A stretch of 64,000 nt of DNA from an uncultured Nitrospiraceae bacterium (GCA_963727805.1 CAVSHF010000005.1:448001-512000); one strand, 5' to 3'. Shown: positions 1 through 11,887, counted from the stretch's first letter. The notes: a model not told the origin generated them from the letters alone. Numbers and translations: made by a program.

Positions 1-371
1 TCACTTTGCCAATCTTCGATGCTGGACGTAACCGGGCCAATCTGGAAGTGTCAAAAGTCGACCGCGAAATATTCATTGCCCAGTATGAAAAGTCGATCCA
101 GAGCGCCTTCAGGGAGGTGTCTGACGCCCTTGCCCAACATGGCACACTTGGATCCCAGCTGGATGCACAGCAAGCTCTAACTGATGCCACTGACGCAGCA
201 TACCGCTTGTCGCAGGCGCGCTACAGCAAGGGTATATCGAGCTATCTTGATGTCCTTGTTTCCCAGCGCTCCCTTTACATCGCGCAGCAAGGACTGATTA
301 CCGTGCGTCTATCCCGTCTCACCAATCAGGTGACGCTCTATAAAGTGCTTGGCGGAGGGGCGGGCGAGTGA
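1..371 (+). CDS. Outer-membrane efflux protein, OprM/NodT family, C-terminal part (5' end outside window)
   Basis: PIFDAG...[16 protein letters not shown]...YLDVL...LYKVLGGG, the typical OEP C-terminus. Confidence 0.9.
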   Translation, partial: TLPIFDAGRNRANLEVSKVDREIFIAQYEKSIQSAFREVSDALAQHGTLGSQLDAQQALTDATDAAYRLSQARYSKGISSYLDVLVSQRSLYIAQQGLITVRLSRLTNQVTLYKVLGGGAGE

Positions 372-785
372 GAGCCGAAGCCTCTTGGTTGCATTCCGAT
401 CTGCGAGTCTGCCTGCCCCTATATTCGATTGCCCATTTAGGCATTTAGCGCAGGGTCTTCAAGGAAAGGAATTTTAGTGATAGTTTCAGGTGGGATTAGT
501 GATTTCAAGGTATTGCTCATTATTCATTGCGATTGGTCAGCAGAAGATGCTATCTCAACCAGCAAACCATCGATGTAGTAGAGGTTTTAGATCTCTGGAG
601 AAGCGTTCAAAGTCCAGGTCTTTATGCAAGTACCCATTTGCGCATGCAGCGTATGAGACATCTTCATCCGATTGGAGCGAGGAGGAAATAACTACTATCC
701 AGGTACCATATGAAACTTGCCAGCATCTCGGATTTTTTGCAATGTCTCGATCCCTACCGATCCAGGCATTTTCAAGTCAAGTAAT

Positions 786-2118
786 GACAGTGTAATCTTT
801 ATTGTGTGAATTCAGAATAGGGCAAAAAAAAGGCGCACCTCCTATAAAATGTAGTTACCCCTAACAACATTAAGGAGGCGCACCCGATGGAACTAAAATT
901 TAGCGTACCAGAGTTGGTAAATTTGATCAAGGAGATTCAGGAGAAGCCCTCGCGGATATTCGAGATGGTGAGCATGAATGTACAAAAGGAAGTGGGACAG
1001 TATCTGAGTGGTCTTATGGACGCGGAATTAACGCATCATTTAGGGCGTCAGAAGTATGAGCGATTAGCCGGAAGGCGCAATCACCGCAATGGGGGTTATC
1101 AGAGGAGATTTTGCATCAAGGGAATCGGCGAAGTTGGCGTCAAAGTGCCGAGGGATCGTAACGGAGCCTTTCAGACACAGGTATTGCCGAGGAGCAAGCA
1201 ATACGAAGAGCGGATAGCTGAAGATCTGTCAGTAATGTATTTGACTGGGATAAGCACGAGGACGCTTTCGCTTTTAAGCAAGAGACTGATAGGGCGGAGC
1301 GTCTCTCACGAGGAAGTAAGCAAGGCGAGCCGTGAATTGAAGGAGTCGGTAGAGAGATGGCGGAACCGTGACCTGTCGAAAGAACAGATAAAGTATCTTT
1401 ACGTTGACGGGGTCAACTTCACCATGCGGACAGGAAAGAGCGTCGAGGCTGTGCCTGTGCTAGCTGCGATTGGTGTGACAGATGACGGGACGAAGCTGGT
1501 AGCGGGGCTGCAGAGCGGGGATAAGGAATCGGCGACTAACTGGAGAGAGTTCTTCAGGGATCTAAAGAGCAGAGGGCTCGATGGGTCACTGGTGAAGCTT
1601 GGAATCATGGACGGTCTGTCTGGATTGGAGAAAGTATTCAAAGAGGAGTTTCCAAACGCGAAAGTGCAGCGATGCCAGGTTCATGTGGCCAGGAATGTAT
1701 TGGCAAAAGTGCCTCACAAACTGAAACAGTTGATAGCAGATGATCTGAGATCGATCTTTTATGCATCCTCGAAAGACAAGGCCGAAACCTTTTATAAAGG
1801 CTTTGTCGAGAGGTGGGACAAGGAGGTCCCCTCAGCAGTCAAGTCTCTGAGTCAGTCCATCGACTCCTGCCTGGCATTCTTCTCATTTCCCGAGGAAGAA
1901 TGGATATCCTTACGGACAACGAATGTCATTGAGCGGCTAAACAAAGAGTTCAAACGCAGAACGAAATCAATGGAGATCGTAGCCGGCGAAGATGCCTGTT
2001 ATCGGCTGCTGGCATTCATATCGCTGAAGATGGAACTTGGCTGGCGAATAATGAAGGTTGGAAAGGTGCGTCCCAATTTGCCCCTTTACCAAATTTACAC
2101 AAAATAGTTGACACTATT
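786..2118 (+). mobile_element. IS256-family insertion sequence, complete
   Basis: Imperfect terminal inverted repeats (gacagtgtaatctttattgtgtgaatt / aatttacacaaaatagttgacactatt). Direct repeat CAAGTAAT at 778-785 and 2119-2126. Confidence 0.92.
887..2107 (+). CDS. IS256-family (Mutator-type) DDE transposase
   Basis: RNG..R, VPRDR.G.F, YLYVDG, MDGLSGL, QRCQVH, RTTNVIERLNKEFKRRT motifs; RBS aggagg. Confidence 0.95.
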   Translation: MELKFSVPELVNLIKEIQEKPSRIFEMVSMNVQKEVGQYLSGLMDAELTHHLGRQKYERLAGRRNHRNGGYQRRFCIKGIGEVGVKVPRDRNGAFQTQVLPRSKQYEERIAEDLSVMYLTGISTRTLSLLSKRLIGRSVSHEEVSKASRELKESVERWRNRDLSKEQIKYLYVDGVNFTMRTGKSVEAVPVLAAIGVTDDGTKLVAGLQSGDKESATNWREFFRDLKSRGLDGSLVKLGIMDGLSGLEKVFKEEFPNAKVQRCQVHVARNVLAKVPHKLKQLIADDLRSIFYASSKDKAETFYKGFVERWDKEVPSAVKSLSQSIDSCLAFFSFPEEEWISLRTTNVIERLNKEFKRRTKSMEIVAGEDACYRLLAFISLKMELGWRIMKVGKVRPNLPLYQIYTK

Positions 2119-2870
2119 CAAGTAATATTAGCGCGGGAGTATGTTTATTTTCTTGCAACCACTTAATAGATGCTTCCCCACTCGGACATGTTTCGATGTT
2201 TAGTCTATATCCCACTTTCTCTATAGCTATCTTAGTAAGCTCTATGGCTTTTTTCGACTCCTTTCTTACCTTTACACTCTTAAGCGCTAGTGCAAGGAAA
2301 GGAGGCATTTCCATCACGGCTTTTTCCCATCGGTAAACGGTGATTCTAGTAACGTCTAAAACGTCTGCCAGCCCTTCTTGGGCATAGCCATTTGCCCAGC
2401 TCCCTGCGGTTATTTTCCATAAAGTTTTTTAATATATTTTGATAGACAATTAATCTGTTTTATGGTACGTTATACTTCTTTGCATACATGTCTGCAACAA
2501 ATATTTTATTTTCACTCTTTTGAGCGAGACCGCCTTGCTGATAAAGGTTATTTTCAGAAATTCACATTGCGACGGTCTATCGCAATGTGCGGACTTTCAT
2601 TAGCACCAATTCAGCGACTTAGATATGGCTCCGTCAAAGATTACGACATGCTATACGTATTGTCAACTTTCCGGCAACGGTAGAGGGTACAATTGGCAAT
2701 CATCACAACGCAAAAAATATGGGAATCAAGCTTTCTTGAGCAAATTATCGCGCTCCACTGAATCTCTGAATTCAAGGTAGAATCTTATGTGACTGCGTAG
2801 TGCGATTAAGTGCATACGAGATAAATACGAGATGCATCTTTTATAGTTATCTCAACTGATTGAAAAATAA

Positions 2871-2914
2871 AGCCGGGAATCAGATTTGAACCGACGCCCT
2901 GCTGATTACGAATT
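2871..2914 (-). pseudogene. 3'-half remnant of tRNA-Thr(CGT), att-like
   Basis: Minus strand aattCGTaatcagcagggcgtcGGTTCAAATctgattcccggct gives the anticodon loop, T-arm and acceptor 3' strand. No D-arm, 5' half or CCA. Confidence 0.65.
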
Positions 2915-3129
2915 ACCTTAGCTAACTGGTGACCATTGATATTAAACATTCTAAAGCCTTCATTCGCAACCACGTGGTTGCATCTCTCCCCAACCCTACA
3001 AAAATGCAGTTATATATAAGATCTGTCATTGGATAACATATGTATTCAAACTCATACTGAAACAAGTTGAAAATGAGATATAACTGGCTTAGTCCATAGC
3101 ATTAGCCTATACTGTAAATATAGGGGGAG

Positions 3130-3414
3130 GTGAATCCTATGTTTGAAGGACTGTTCCAACCGATGCACCTGATCATAATCCTTGTGATAGCCATTTTAAT
3201 CTTTGGTCCAAGGAAACTGCCAGAACTGGGTAAAGGACTTGGCAAAAGCATCAGGGAATTCAAGAAAGCTATGGAGGGTATAAATAAAGATGTTGATGTT
3301 ACCCCTGAGGTTAAGGAAACACCAAAAGAAATAGCGCCCCCCACCTCGATGGAGATGAAGCAAGAAACCGCTGCAAAGGAAACGGTGGAAGCCAAGAAAG
3401 AAACTGCTGTATAA
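3130..3414 (+). CDS. tatA: Twin-arginine translocase TatA/E subunit
   Basis: Single TM then FGPRKLPELGKGLGKSIREFKKA; start may be MFEG at 3139. Confidence 0.93.
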   Translation: MNPMFEGLFQPMHLIIILVIAILIFGPRKLPELGKGLGKSIREFKKAMEGINKDVDVTPEVKETPKEIAPPTSMEMKQETAAKETVEAKKETAV

Positions 3415-3431
3415 GGTATGAGGTTAGCCTT

Positions 3432-3815
3432 ATGGACATATCCTTAGTGTTAGCAAGATTTTGGGGTCTCATTCTGGTGTTGCTGTGTTGTTCTGTGTTG
3501 GTCAACATCAAGTTTTACGTCAGCCTGGTCAAAGGATTCCAAGATGAATCAGTAAAATTCCTATATTTTTTTGTTGTGCTGGTAATCGGGGCTGTGAACG
3601 TTTCAGTTATGAACCAATGGACTTGGGATCAAAAAGGGTTGATAACATTGTTGGGGTGGGGTTCTTTGTTTAAAGGATTGTTTGGGATATTGCTGCCTGA
3701 TTTATCAAACAAGCTTATCCAAAAGATCAACCTGAGTCCTATGGTGATTTATCCATCAGCATTGGTAATGCTGGTTGTCGGTTGTTATTTGTTGTTTTGT
3801 GGTGTTGTTGGTTGA
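3432..3815 (+). CDS. Small 4-TM membrane protein of unknown function
   Basis: Four hydrophobic segments, LITLLGW..LFKG motif; RBS gagg. Confidence 0.75.
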   Translation: MDISLVLARFWGLILVLLCCSVLVNIKFYVSLVKGFQDESVKFLYFFVVLVIGAVNVSVMNQWTWDQKGLITLLGWGSLFKGLFGILLPDLSNKLIQKINLSPMVIYPSALVMLVVGCYLLFCGVVG

Positions 3816-4004
3816 ACTCAGAAAAAGTACCCAGAGTTTCTATTTTCTATTTTTTGAATTAATCACTTTGATTCTCTTTTATTCACAAACAATTGTTGTT
3901 ATTGAAACTATAGCTTGTTTTTGGATTATTGATCTGGGTTGGCAACATTAAGAAGGCGAAAATGTAGACAAATAGTTTTGCTGAGAGTCGCATCCCCGCC
4001 GCCA
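3592..4004 (+). repeat. Direct repeat copy 1 (segments 3592-3652 and ~3850-4004 recur, fused, at 8248-8465)
   Basis: ctgtgaacgtttcagt...gataacattgtt and tttgaattaatcactttg...gagagtcgcatccccgccgcca occur at both sites with few mismatches. Confidence 0.9.
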
Positions 4005-4239
4005 GCGCTGGTGGATTTAAAAACACCACCTCCTGTCCCCGCATAGACGACCTGGCTGTTGGACGGGTCGATGGCTAAGGCATATATTTCACCACCTTCA
4101 GGCCCTTACCAGTCCACTGGATGGCCCCTTCAGAAGCCTGTCCCACAGCCAAAAGCAGGCTGAATGTTACAATAAACGCTCTCAGCAGGTTGGTAAGCAT
4201 TTTGGATATTTCTTTTCCGATAGAACTATTCAAGATCAT
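3995..4239 (-). pseudogene. Truncated secreted BNR/VPS10-like beta-propeller protein
   Basis: RBS + MILNSS...LLLAVGQASEGAIQWTG, then a frameshift to GPEGGEIYALAIDPSNSQVVYAGTGGGVFKSTSAGG, which runs into the repeat. Confidence 0.65.
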
Positions 4240-4294
4240 GTTAATTCCTTCTCAATAATTTTTTTCATTGTCCATATCGTATCACCGTCTTTCT

Positions 4295-7273
4295 TTACCG
4301 CAAAACTACGGGTAAGTCGCCACTCATTCCAAAGGACGCACACACGTCCTCGACTCCATTTGCAGGGGCTCCACAGCCAACCCATGTGCCCGTCCCAGGA
4401 TAGTCAAGATACCACGTCCCATTTCTAAAGACTCCTATCTTCGACTTCCCGTCGGCACTGCCGTTCCAGTTGCCCACTACCGCGATATCGCTGCCCACTC
4501 CATAAGTTATGCACGCAGCTTTCGTCGGATCTGCAGGCGCTCCGCAACCAACCCATGTGCCCGTAACAGCGTACGTCCCGGAGTAGTCAAGATACCACGT
4601 CCCGTTTCTAAAGACTCCTATCTTCGACTTCCCGTCGGCACTGCCGTTCCAGTTGCCCACTACCGGGATATCGCTGCCCACTCCGTAAGTTATGCACGCA
4701 GCTTTCGTCGGATCCGCAGGCGCTCCGCAACCAACCCATGTGCCCGTAGCAGCGTACGTCCCGGAGTAGTCAAGATACCACGTCCCGTTTCTAAAGACTC
4801 CTATTTTCGACTTCCCGTCGGCACTGCCGTTCCAGTTGCCCACTACCGCGATATCACCTGGCGCTCCAAAAAGTATCGAGGCGTCTGAAGCATCCCATGT
4901 GTCGTTTCCATTCATATCGAGGTACCACCACCCGTTTCTGAAAACACCTATACGCATGATTCCCTTTCCATCCCAGTCTCCCGTTACCGCCTGGTCTCCC
5001 GCCATGCCATATGTATAACAGCCGTCAGGACCACATCCGCTCCATACGAAATTTTCGTCACGGTCCACATACCAGGCCCCTGCGCGAAATACCCCTATCT
5101 GCGCCTTTGTTGAGGTTGTCCCTTGTATAACTGTGAATGTCTGACCCGCTATCGTTATCGTGCCGGTCCGCACTCCACCCGTATTTGAGGCAACCGAATA
5201 CTGTACTGTGCCGTTGCCAGTGCCGCTTCTTCCTGAGGTGATGGTTATCCACGGCACATTGCTAACGGCAGTCCAGGCACATCCTGCCTTAGCAACGGAG
5301 AGATTCACGCTTGTACTGCCCCCTGCTGGCGCAACAGTGGAATAAGATGTGCCGAGGATAAAGTTACATCCCCAGTTGGTAACGAGTGCGTTTGCATCTA
5401 CCGAACCGAGGCCTGTGCAGAGGTCATAGCCCACGGTGCCAAAGTAGCCTGTCAGACCCGGGACACTGTTGTTCCCCGAAATGGTGTCGTGGAATACGAC
5501 CGTTCCACCGGCACCGTACTGGGCGTTGCCGAACTGATAGAAGCGGACGTTAGCGTTTCCCTGACGCTGCCCTGTCTCCTGCACGATGAGCGCCATAAGG
5601 CCAGCAAAGGAAACAGTGGATACCGACGTGCCGCTCACGACATAAAGCACCCCCTGAGACTGGATCAGGTAGGCATCATGGCCAGCCGCACTGAGGGATA
5701 CATCAGGCATGTCGCGTTTACCATCTGCAGGAACACCCGGCGATACCTGCCAAGCAGGCTTGTTGTATAACGACGAGACGCCACCACCGGTAGACCACAG
5801 ATTTGAGCCGCCGGAAACAGTGCCGCTCTCATTCCAGACTATCTCAGGTATGTAGCCGACAGCAGAGGTGTACCCCGATCCGTTAGTGGTATTCCAGTAA
5901 GTGCCGGACCCTTCATTAAACTCTGTTCCTCCTACCGCGACGTTGTAGGGTGTAGAAGCCAGCCCGTTAACCCCGAGACCCGAACCGATAGTGTCACTAG
6001 GATTATTGCAGCCTGCAGCTCCGGCGTCGCCCGATGCTACGAAAGAGGTTATGCCCTGGGCAGCTGCCTGCTGCCAGAGATTATTGTAAAAATTATTCTC
6101 AGCTGATGTCATAGCGGATTCGCATGAGCCGAAACTTGTACTCATCACCGGTGCCAGGTTATTGTCGACTATGTACTGAGCAGACAAGTCCACACCGTCC
6201 GTTGAATAGGTCGATTTCGAAACTACAAATTCAATGACTGCATTCGGTGCCACTGCTCCCGACCATTCGACGTCCAGATCAGCCTCACCATCCTCGTCAG
6301 CGCCGAGGTCTCCTGGGTCGGGGCCATTCACTATCACCTGCGGAGGATTGCTCGGCAGCCCCATCAGGCTGCGGAACGTTGCCCAGTTTGAACTGGACGG
6401 GTGGGTGCGTCCCACGATGGCTATGCTTGCGCCACTACCGTTGATTCCCGCGTTATAAAGTGAATTGACATTGTAGATAGTTGAAAAATCGCCGGGTGAC
6501 AAGTAATGGGTGGCACCGTCAGACGATGTATAATCTGGCAACGCTTCTTTTTGAACAACAGGCTGTATCCTGTTGATCATCGACTTGCGTGGAAAGTCGT
6601 TAAGGGACGCAATCCCCGCCATCAAATTTATTAATCCCTGCGGCACTGATGGGTCCTGCACATTAGCATGGTGGAGCCGACCGTCGACATAATACTCATG
6701 GATTGCAGTCAGGAAAGTACGTTCAACATCAGCCGCTGTCCCGGAGAAAATAATCCTTGTACGCCCTTTGGCGACCTCCTCGACCACGAAACCGTTGGCA
6801 GTAAGCCATCGAGTGATCGCGTCAAGATCAACGGAGGCCAGCCCGAACCGCTCACCGAATTCCTCCGGAGTGAGCCATCTGTGGAAGTTGGGAGAAGCTG
6901 GATCCTGCTGTTCGGCAAGAATTTTTTCCAACTCGGCCTGCTTGTCGGGATTCAGTCGCAAAGCGAGGATCATTCGCTCCATCGGTAGTGAAGGATCTGT
7001 GGCGCCCACGTCGTACTCAGGCCGGGCAAGCGGGTGCACATTACCCTGCAACACTACCCTATCCACCATGGAGTTATCAGTCGGTTTCTCACTAGCAACA
7101 GTGGTCGCATAAGCTATTAGATGTGAACTCAAACCAAACACAAGCACCGCCACCACTGTAACAAGAAACTTTGATAGCGCTCTTTTGAAAGCCTGTTTCA
7201 CAGACTTATATTCCCTCCGTAATCCGGCACCTTCTGTTGAAGGGCCAGCCAACCATATTGTCTCGTCCTTCAT
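4295..7273 (-). CDS. Secreted S53 (sedolisin/kumamolisin-like) peptidase with pro-domain, BACON-like Ig domain and C-terminal propeller-type repeats
   Basis: Pro-domain [15 protein letters not shown]. Catalytic EADLD, oxyanion SGDAG, nucleophile GTS, Ca-site [23 protein letters not shown] domain and repeated [11 protein letters not shown]. Confidence 0.92.
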   Translation of the reverse strand: MKDETIWLAGPSTEGAGLRREYKSVKQAFKRALSKFLVTVVAVLVFGLSSHLIAYATTVASEKPTDNSMVDRVVLQGNVHPLARPEYDVGATDPSLPMERMILALRLNPDKQAELEKILAEQQDPASPNFHRWLTPEEFGERFGLASVDLDAITRWLTANGFVVEEVAKGRTRIIFSGTAADVERTFLTAIHEYYVDGRLHHANVQDPSVPQGLINLMAGIASLNDFPRKSMINRIQPVVQKEALPDYTSSDGATHYLSPGDFSTIYNVNSLYNAGINGSGASIAIVGRTHPSSSNWATFRSLMGLPSNPPQVIVNGPDPGDLGADEDGEADLDVEWSGAVAPNAVIEFVVSKSTYSTDGVDLSAQYIVDNNLAPVMSTSFGSCESAMTSAENNFYNNLWQQAAAQGITSFVASGDAGAAGCNNPSDTIGSGLGVNGLASTPYNVAVGGTEFNEGSGTYWNTTNGSGYTSAVGYIPEIVWNESGTVSGGSNLWSTGGGVSSLYNKPAWQVSPGVPADGKRDMPDVSLSAAGHDAYLIQSQGVLYVVSGTSVSTVSFAGLMALIVQETGQRQGNANVRFYQFGNAQYGAGGTVVFHDTISGNNSVPGLTGYFGTVGYDLCTGLGSVDANALVTNWGCNFILGTSYSTVAPAGGSTSVNLSVAKAGCAWTAVSNVPWITITSGRSGTGNGTVQYSVASNTGGVRTGTITIAGQTFTVIQGTTSTKAQIGVFRAGAWYVDRDENFVWSGCGPDGCYTYGMAGDQAVTGDWDGKGIMRIGVFRNGWWYLDMNGNDTWDASDASILFGAPGDIAVVGNWNGSADGKSKIGVFRNGTWYLDYSGTYAATGTWVGCGAPADPTKAACITYGVGSDIPVVGNWNGSADGKSKIGVFRNGTWYLDYSGTYAVTGTWVGCGAPADPTKAACITYGVGSDIAVVGNWNGSADGKSKIGVFRNGTWYLDYPGTGTWVGCGAPANGVEDVCASFGMSGDLPVVLR
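4401..4853 (-). repeat. Intragenic 183-bp (61-aa) near-perfect tandem repeat, about 2.5 copies
   Basis: tagtcaagataccacgtccc recurs at 4401, 4584 and 4767. Confidence 0.93.
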
Positions 7274-7281
7274 GGGTCATT

Positions 7282-7644
7282 TCAGTGTATTAATCCCCAG
7301 ATTTCTTTAGCCTCTCGATCAACTTCAATATTGAGAACTTTGCTATTGCCGGCATCTACCTTGACATCGGCTATCTGGCGGTCATCCCGGACAATCCCGA
7401 CCCGGTAGACAAGATAACCGTCTGCGTTCTCGAGTTCCACCTTAAATGCCTTTCCCGGTACCGACAAGAGGGCCGTCTTGACGGCAGATTCCATTGAGAT
7501 GGGTGCCATACCGACAAAGTCGGATTCAGTGTCATTATTCACGTGGATGCTGCCGACAGGTCTTGCCTGGCGGGTAAATCCCCATCCTATAGCCGCATAA
7601 ATAATAAGTACCATGCAGCTAATTAGCATCATCGCATGTTTCAT
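7282..7644 (-). CDS. PepSY-domain exported protein
   Basis: Signal peptide; ISMESAVKTAL..VPGK..KVELE..DGYLVY.V...VKVDAGN. Confidence 0.85.
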   Translation of the reverse strand: MKHAMMLISCMVLIIYAAIGWGFTRQARPVGSIHVNNDTESDFVGMAPISMESAVKTALLSVPGKAFKVELENADGYLVYRVGIVRDDRQIADVKVDAGNSKVLNIEVDREAKEIWGLIH

Positions 7645-7777
7645 TACCTTTACCTCCTGTTATGGAGCGGAATAGCAGATCCGTTCCCTGTCAAAAGCTT
7701 GTTGTAAGCAAGAGGCCGACACAACTTCAGAATCGTTACAATATCGACATCACACACCTGGTAGGCCGTCAGGTCCA

Positions 7778-7865
7778 TGGTTTTCATGCCGTTCATTTTT
7801 CACATGAGCATGTCACTTAAAATGACACATTGTTTGAATCTTTGCCAAAGTTTTAATCCCCTCCT
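7778..7865 (-). pseudogene. Possible receiver-domain remnant
   Basis: GLKLWQRFKQCVILSDMLM*KMNGMKT resembles the D..MP.MNG receiver motif with an internal stop. Confidence 0.35.
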
Positions 7866-8247
7866 TAAACGATAAGGCAATATATGTCCGGTAGCAGGCA
7901 TTGTTAACGAAGCTGCTACAGCAAATACCGAAAAATGACTAACCCTCTCATTATGCTTTCTTTATTGACAGCAGCTCTCCTATAAATGATAGACAAGAAA
8001 TATAAGCAGGAGGTTACAAGCGTGAAGATACTGCAGGAGAAAAAGTTAAAGTGCCTTGCGAGACTACATTGAATTTACTGCTTAATGAATGAAAAGATAT
8101 CCACCTCCCAACATTCTTGGTTTGCGTCGGGGTAACCACAAGATGGGATTCTATCTCCACAAGAGACATTTTTCGCATGAAATGATATTTTCTGCCCCAT
8201 ACGCTCAGCACTACGTTGACTGTTGTACAATGATTTAAGGCAGGTCA

Positions 8248-8465
8248 CTGTGAACGTTTCAGTCATGAACCAAATGGACTTGGGATCAAAAAGGGTTGAT
8301 AACATTGTTTTTGAATTAATCACTTTGTTTCTCTTTTATTCACAAACAAAAGTTGTTGTTCTTGAAACTATAGCTTGTTTTTGGATTATCGATCTGGGTT
8401 GGCAACATCAAGTAAGCGAAAATGTAGACAAAATAGTTTTGTTGAGAGTCGCATCCCCGCCGCCA
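8248..8465 (+). repeat. Direct repeat copy 2, lacking ~200 bp relative to copy 1
   Basis: Matches 3592-3652 joined directly to ~3850-4004. Confidence 0.9.
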
Positions 8466-8772
8466 TTTTTCTTGCAGAGGAATAAAAAGCAAAACGCTCT
8501 TGCAAGCACCCTAAACTGGATATTCCTGATCATCACAGATACCCGTTACAGACGTTCGTTCGACAATACTATCCCATGACAGTTGTGTCTAAATCATCAA
8601 GACAGTATATTTCCGGGATGAAATCCACGCTAGATGATTTGTTAATATATTGACCCGTCCCCCGCCCCTATAAAAGTGCTTTGTGTTAATATTAATCATT
8701 AATTAGATGAGGTTTCCTTCGATAGAAAAAAGCAGTTGAAAGTGATAGGCTTAGGGGGTCTGATATTTAACT

Positions 8773-10058
8773 GTGAAACCTCGAGGTAAATTAGACACTG
8801 CCTCATTGTTACGCAAAAAAGCAGAAAAGAAGCTGCAAGATGAGAACAATCGCTTGCAAGACCTCTCCGCTGTTGACAGCAAGCGTCTTGTTCACGAACT
8901 CGCAACTCATCAGATTGAGCTAGAAATGCAGAACGTAGAGTTGCGAGAGGCCCAGCAAGAGCTGGAGGCGTCTCACATAAAGTATTCTGAACTGTTCGAC
9001 TTTGCTCCAATCGGCTATTTCACCCTTGATAAAAATACACACGTGCTCGAGGTCAACCTCACCGGCGCAACCCTGCTAGGAATCGAGAGGCGTCTTTTGA
9101 TAAACTCTCCGTTTGGTGCTTTCGTTGCCAATGCCGCTGACCAATACACTTTTCATGATCACTGTAGAGAGGTCCTAGAAAAACAGGAACTAAGGACCTG
9201 TGAACTCAGGCTTAAGAGGAAAGACGGCACCGTCTTTTATGCGCAGTTACAAAGTGCTCCCACGGAAGGCTTGAAGGCTGGCATCACGGGATTCAAAACG
9301 ATGGTGAGCGATATCAGTGAGCGCAGGCACGCCGTGGACAAGCTAACATATGCAATGGCTGAATTGGCCCGTTCCAATGCAGAACTGGAACAATTCGCCT
9401 ATATAACGTCGCACGACTTGCAGGAGCCGCTCCGAATGGTATCAAGTTTCGTTCAACTTTTGGAGAGACGCTATAAAGGCAGACTTGATCAGGACGCCGA
9501 CGATTTCATCATGTATGCGGTGGACGGTGTCAATCGCATGCAAAGCTTAATTACCGATCTTCTTGCGTATTCACAGGTAGGCTCCCGGGGCAGACAATTC
9601 GAACCAGTGTCCAGTGAGGTCGCACTTAATTGTGCTCTGTCGAATTTACTGGTGGTTATTGACCAGAGCGGTGCGATTGTTACGCGGGACGCGCTGCCAG
9701 TAGTGATGGGGGATGACATCCAGCTTGTGCAACTTTTCCAGAATCTTATAGGCAACTCTATCAAGTTTTGTGGCGACCAGGCGCCCCGCATCCATATTTC
9801 GGCTGATAAACAAGGAGACGAATGGGTCTTTTCCATCCGTGATAACGGCATCGGCTTAGCACCCGAATATTTTGAGCGAATATTTTCGCTCTTTCAGCGA
9901 CTGCACAACAGAAAAGAATTTCCGGGAACCGGAATAGGCTGGCTATCTGCAAGAAGGTGGTAGAGCACCATGGCGGAAGGATTTGGTTGAAATCGGAACC
10001 GGGCAGAGGTTCGACATTTTATTTCACGATACCAGTGTGTTTGAGTCAAGTATCATGA
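8773..10058 (+). pseudogene. PAS-HisKA-HATPase histidine kinase, frameshifted in the G2 box
   Basis: HDLQEPLR H-box, QNLIGN, DNGIG. After GTGIG (~9938) the alternate frame gives [32 protein letters not shown], ending TGA at 10058. Confidence 0.85.
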
Positions 10059-11887
10059 CAAATATGAATCGGCCTATCAAGATTCTACTCATCGAGGACA
10101 ATCCCGGAGATGTTCGTATTATTCAGGAGATGCTGGCTGACGAAAAAGGTGATTTCTTTACCGTGGAATGCCATGATCGGTTGTCTGGGGCACTACATAG
10201 GCTGACTGAGAATAGAGTGGATGTGGTCCTGTTGGATTTAGGGCTACCTGACAGCCAGGGGCTCGATACCTATGCAAATGTGCATGCTCAATTTCCCCGG
10301 CTGCCGATTATAGTCTTATCCGGTCTTCACGATGAGAACATAGCGGTCAGAGCGGTCAGAAAAGGGGCCCAGGATTATTTGGTGAAGGGACAGATCGACG
10401 GTAAACTGCTGGTCCGCTCTATGCGGTATGCTATCGAACGCAAGAGGGCAGAAGAGGCACTTCTCAGGGCCCGTGATGAATTGGAAATAAGAGTTAAGGC
10501 GCGAACTGCTGAACTGTTTAGAGCCAATGAGGCGTTGGAAGCTGAAATTCGGGAGCGCAAACGAATGGAAGAGATAATAAGACAGCAGGCTACTCATGAT
10601 TCTCTTACCGGCTTGCCCAACAGAATACTTTTTCTGGACCATCTTACCCTCGGACTTACTCAGGCACGACGTAATCGCAATATGCTTGCCGTGCTATTTT
10701 TAGACCTCGATCGATTCAAGTTCGTCAATGATACTTTGGGACATGCTGCAGGCGATCAGTTGCTGATTAATGTTGCCGGGCGGCTGAAGACCTGTGTTCG
10801 CGAATCAGACACCGTTGCCCGTATTGGCGGTGATGAGTTCACCCTCCTGCTACCGGATATCACCCAGGTAGAAGATGCGGCCTTTATTGGAAGGAAAATT
10901 ATATCGGTCCTGAAAGAGCCTTATGGACTTTGCGGCCATCAAATACATATAACGGTGAGTCTCGGAATCAGCATCTATCCGGACGATGGTGACAATCCTG
11001 AAAAACTGCTTATGAACGCCGATATAGCCATGTACCACGCGAAAGAACAGATGATGAACGATTGCTCATTCTTCAATTCGGTCATGAACAACAACAGCCT
11101 TGAGCGGATGAAACTGGGGAATGACCTCCGGCGGTCTCTGGAACGGGAAGAACTGATTGTTTACTACCAGCCTCTAATGGATAGCAATACCGGAAAGATG
11201 GTCTGTGCCGAGGCACTCGTGCGTTGGAAACATCCGGAACTGGGGCTGCTCGAGGCCTTACAATTTATTCCCCTTGCGGGGGGGATCGGGTTTCTCATGT
11301 CGATTGACCGATGGGTAATGACTACCGCCTGCGCGCAGAATAAGCAATGGCAGAATGCAGGATACCCTCCTTTCTGTGTTACGGTAAATCTCTCGGCCCA
11401 TTGGTTTCATCAGGCAAACCTTGTAGAAGTCGTCTCCCAGGTGTTGCGGGAAACCGGCCTCAGCCCTGAGTTCCTGGGGCTTGAAATTACCGAGAGTACT
11501 GCCATGCAGGACGTGGAGCAGACTATTCTGACCCTAAACCACTTGATGGATATGGGTGTGAGGGTGTTGATGGACGATTTCGGCACCGGATACTCCTCAT
11601 TGAACTGGCTGAAGAAATTCCCCATCCAAAAACTCAAGATCGACAAATCCTTCATCAATGAACTCCAAAAGAATCCGGATGACAAGGCGATTGTCAATGC
11701 GATAGTGACAATGGCCCATAATCTGAAAATGATGGTTGTTGCAGAGGGCGTGGAGACCGAAAACCAATTGTCGTTCTTGCGCTCAAGCGGCTGTGATGAG
11801 ATACAGGGATTTCTTTTGGGCATGCCGCTGCCTCCTGATGATTTCAAAAAGATTCTGGTAAAACCTGAAAACAACTGCAAGAGTTAA
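10055..11887 (+). CDS. REC-GGDEF-EAL diguanylate cyclase/phosphodiesterase
   Basis: [42 protein letters not shown] overlaps the upstream TGA (ATGA). Confidence 0.93.
   Translation: MTNMNRPIKILLIEDNPGDVRIIQEMLADEKGDFFTVECHDRLSGALHRLTENRVDVVLLDLGLPDSQGLDTYANVHAQFPRLPIIVLSGLHDENIAVRAVRKGAQDYLVKGQIDGKLLVRSMRYAIERKRAEEALLRARDELEIRVKARTAELFRANEALEAEIRERKRMEEIIRQQATHDSLTGLPNRILFLDHLTLGLTQARRNRNMLAVLFLDLDRFKFVNDTLGHAAGDQLLINVAGRLKTCVRESDTVARIGGDEFTLLLPDITQVEDAAFIGRKIISVLKEPYGLCGHQIHITVSLGISIYPDDGDNPEKLLMNADIAMYHAKEQMMNDCSFFNSVMNNNSLERMKLGNDLRRSLEREELIVYYQPLMDSNTGKMVCAEALVRWKHPELGLLEALQFIPLAGGIGFLMSIDRWVMTTACAQNKQWQNAGYPPFCVTVNLSAHWFHQANLVEVVSQVLRETGLSPEFLGLEITESTAMQDVEQTILTLNHLMDMGVRVLMDDFGTGYSSLNWLKKFPIQKLKIDKSFINELQKNPDDKAIVNAIVTMAHNLKMMVVAEGVETENQLSFLRSSGCDEIQGFLLGMPLPPDDFKKILVKPENNCKS

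Larger units (their letters stand above)
555..2420 (-). pseudogene. XRE-type HTH + receiver-domain regulator, split by IS256 and frameshifted
   Basis: Right of the IS, the minus strand reads GYAQEGLADVLDVTRITVYRWEK...TPALILL. Left of the IS it continues LDLKMPGSVGIETLQKIRD, then after a frameshift IVVISSS...ANGYLHKDLDFERF...WFAG* (stop 555-557). Confidence 0.8.

Noticed and set aside
3983..4004. tRNA/tmRNA 3' end at the repeat end (...ccccgccgcca)
   Set aside because: No TTCG/TTCA T-loop or pairing T-stem
4401..4853. CRISPR array or DGR template/variable repeat
   Set aside because: Contiguous in-frame coding repeats with no spacers, and no cas or reverse transcriptase gene in the window
3130..7273. 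TatA dedicated to exporting the S53 protease
   Set aside because: The protease N-terminus lacks an S/T-R-R-x-F-L motif
8223..8579. 118-aa ORF
   Set aside because: Chance frame through the degenerate repeat copy
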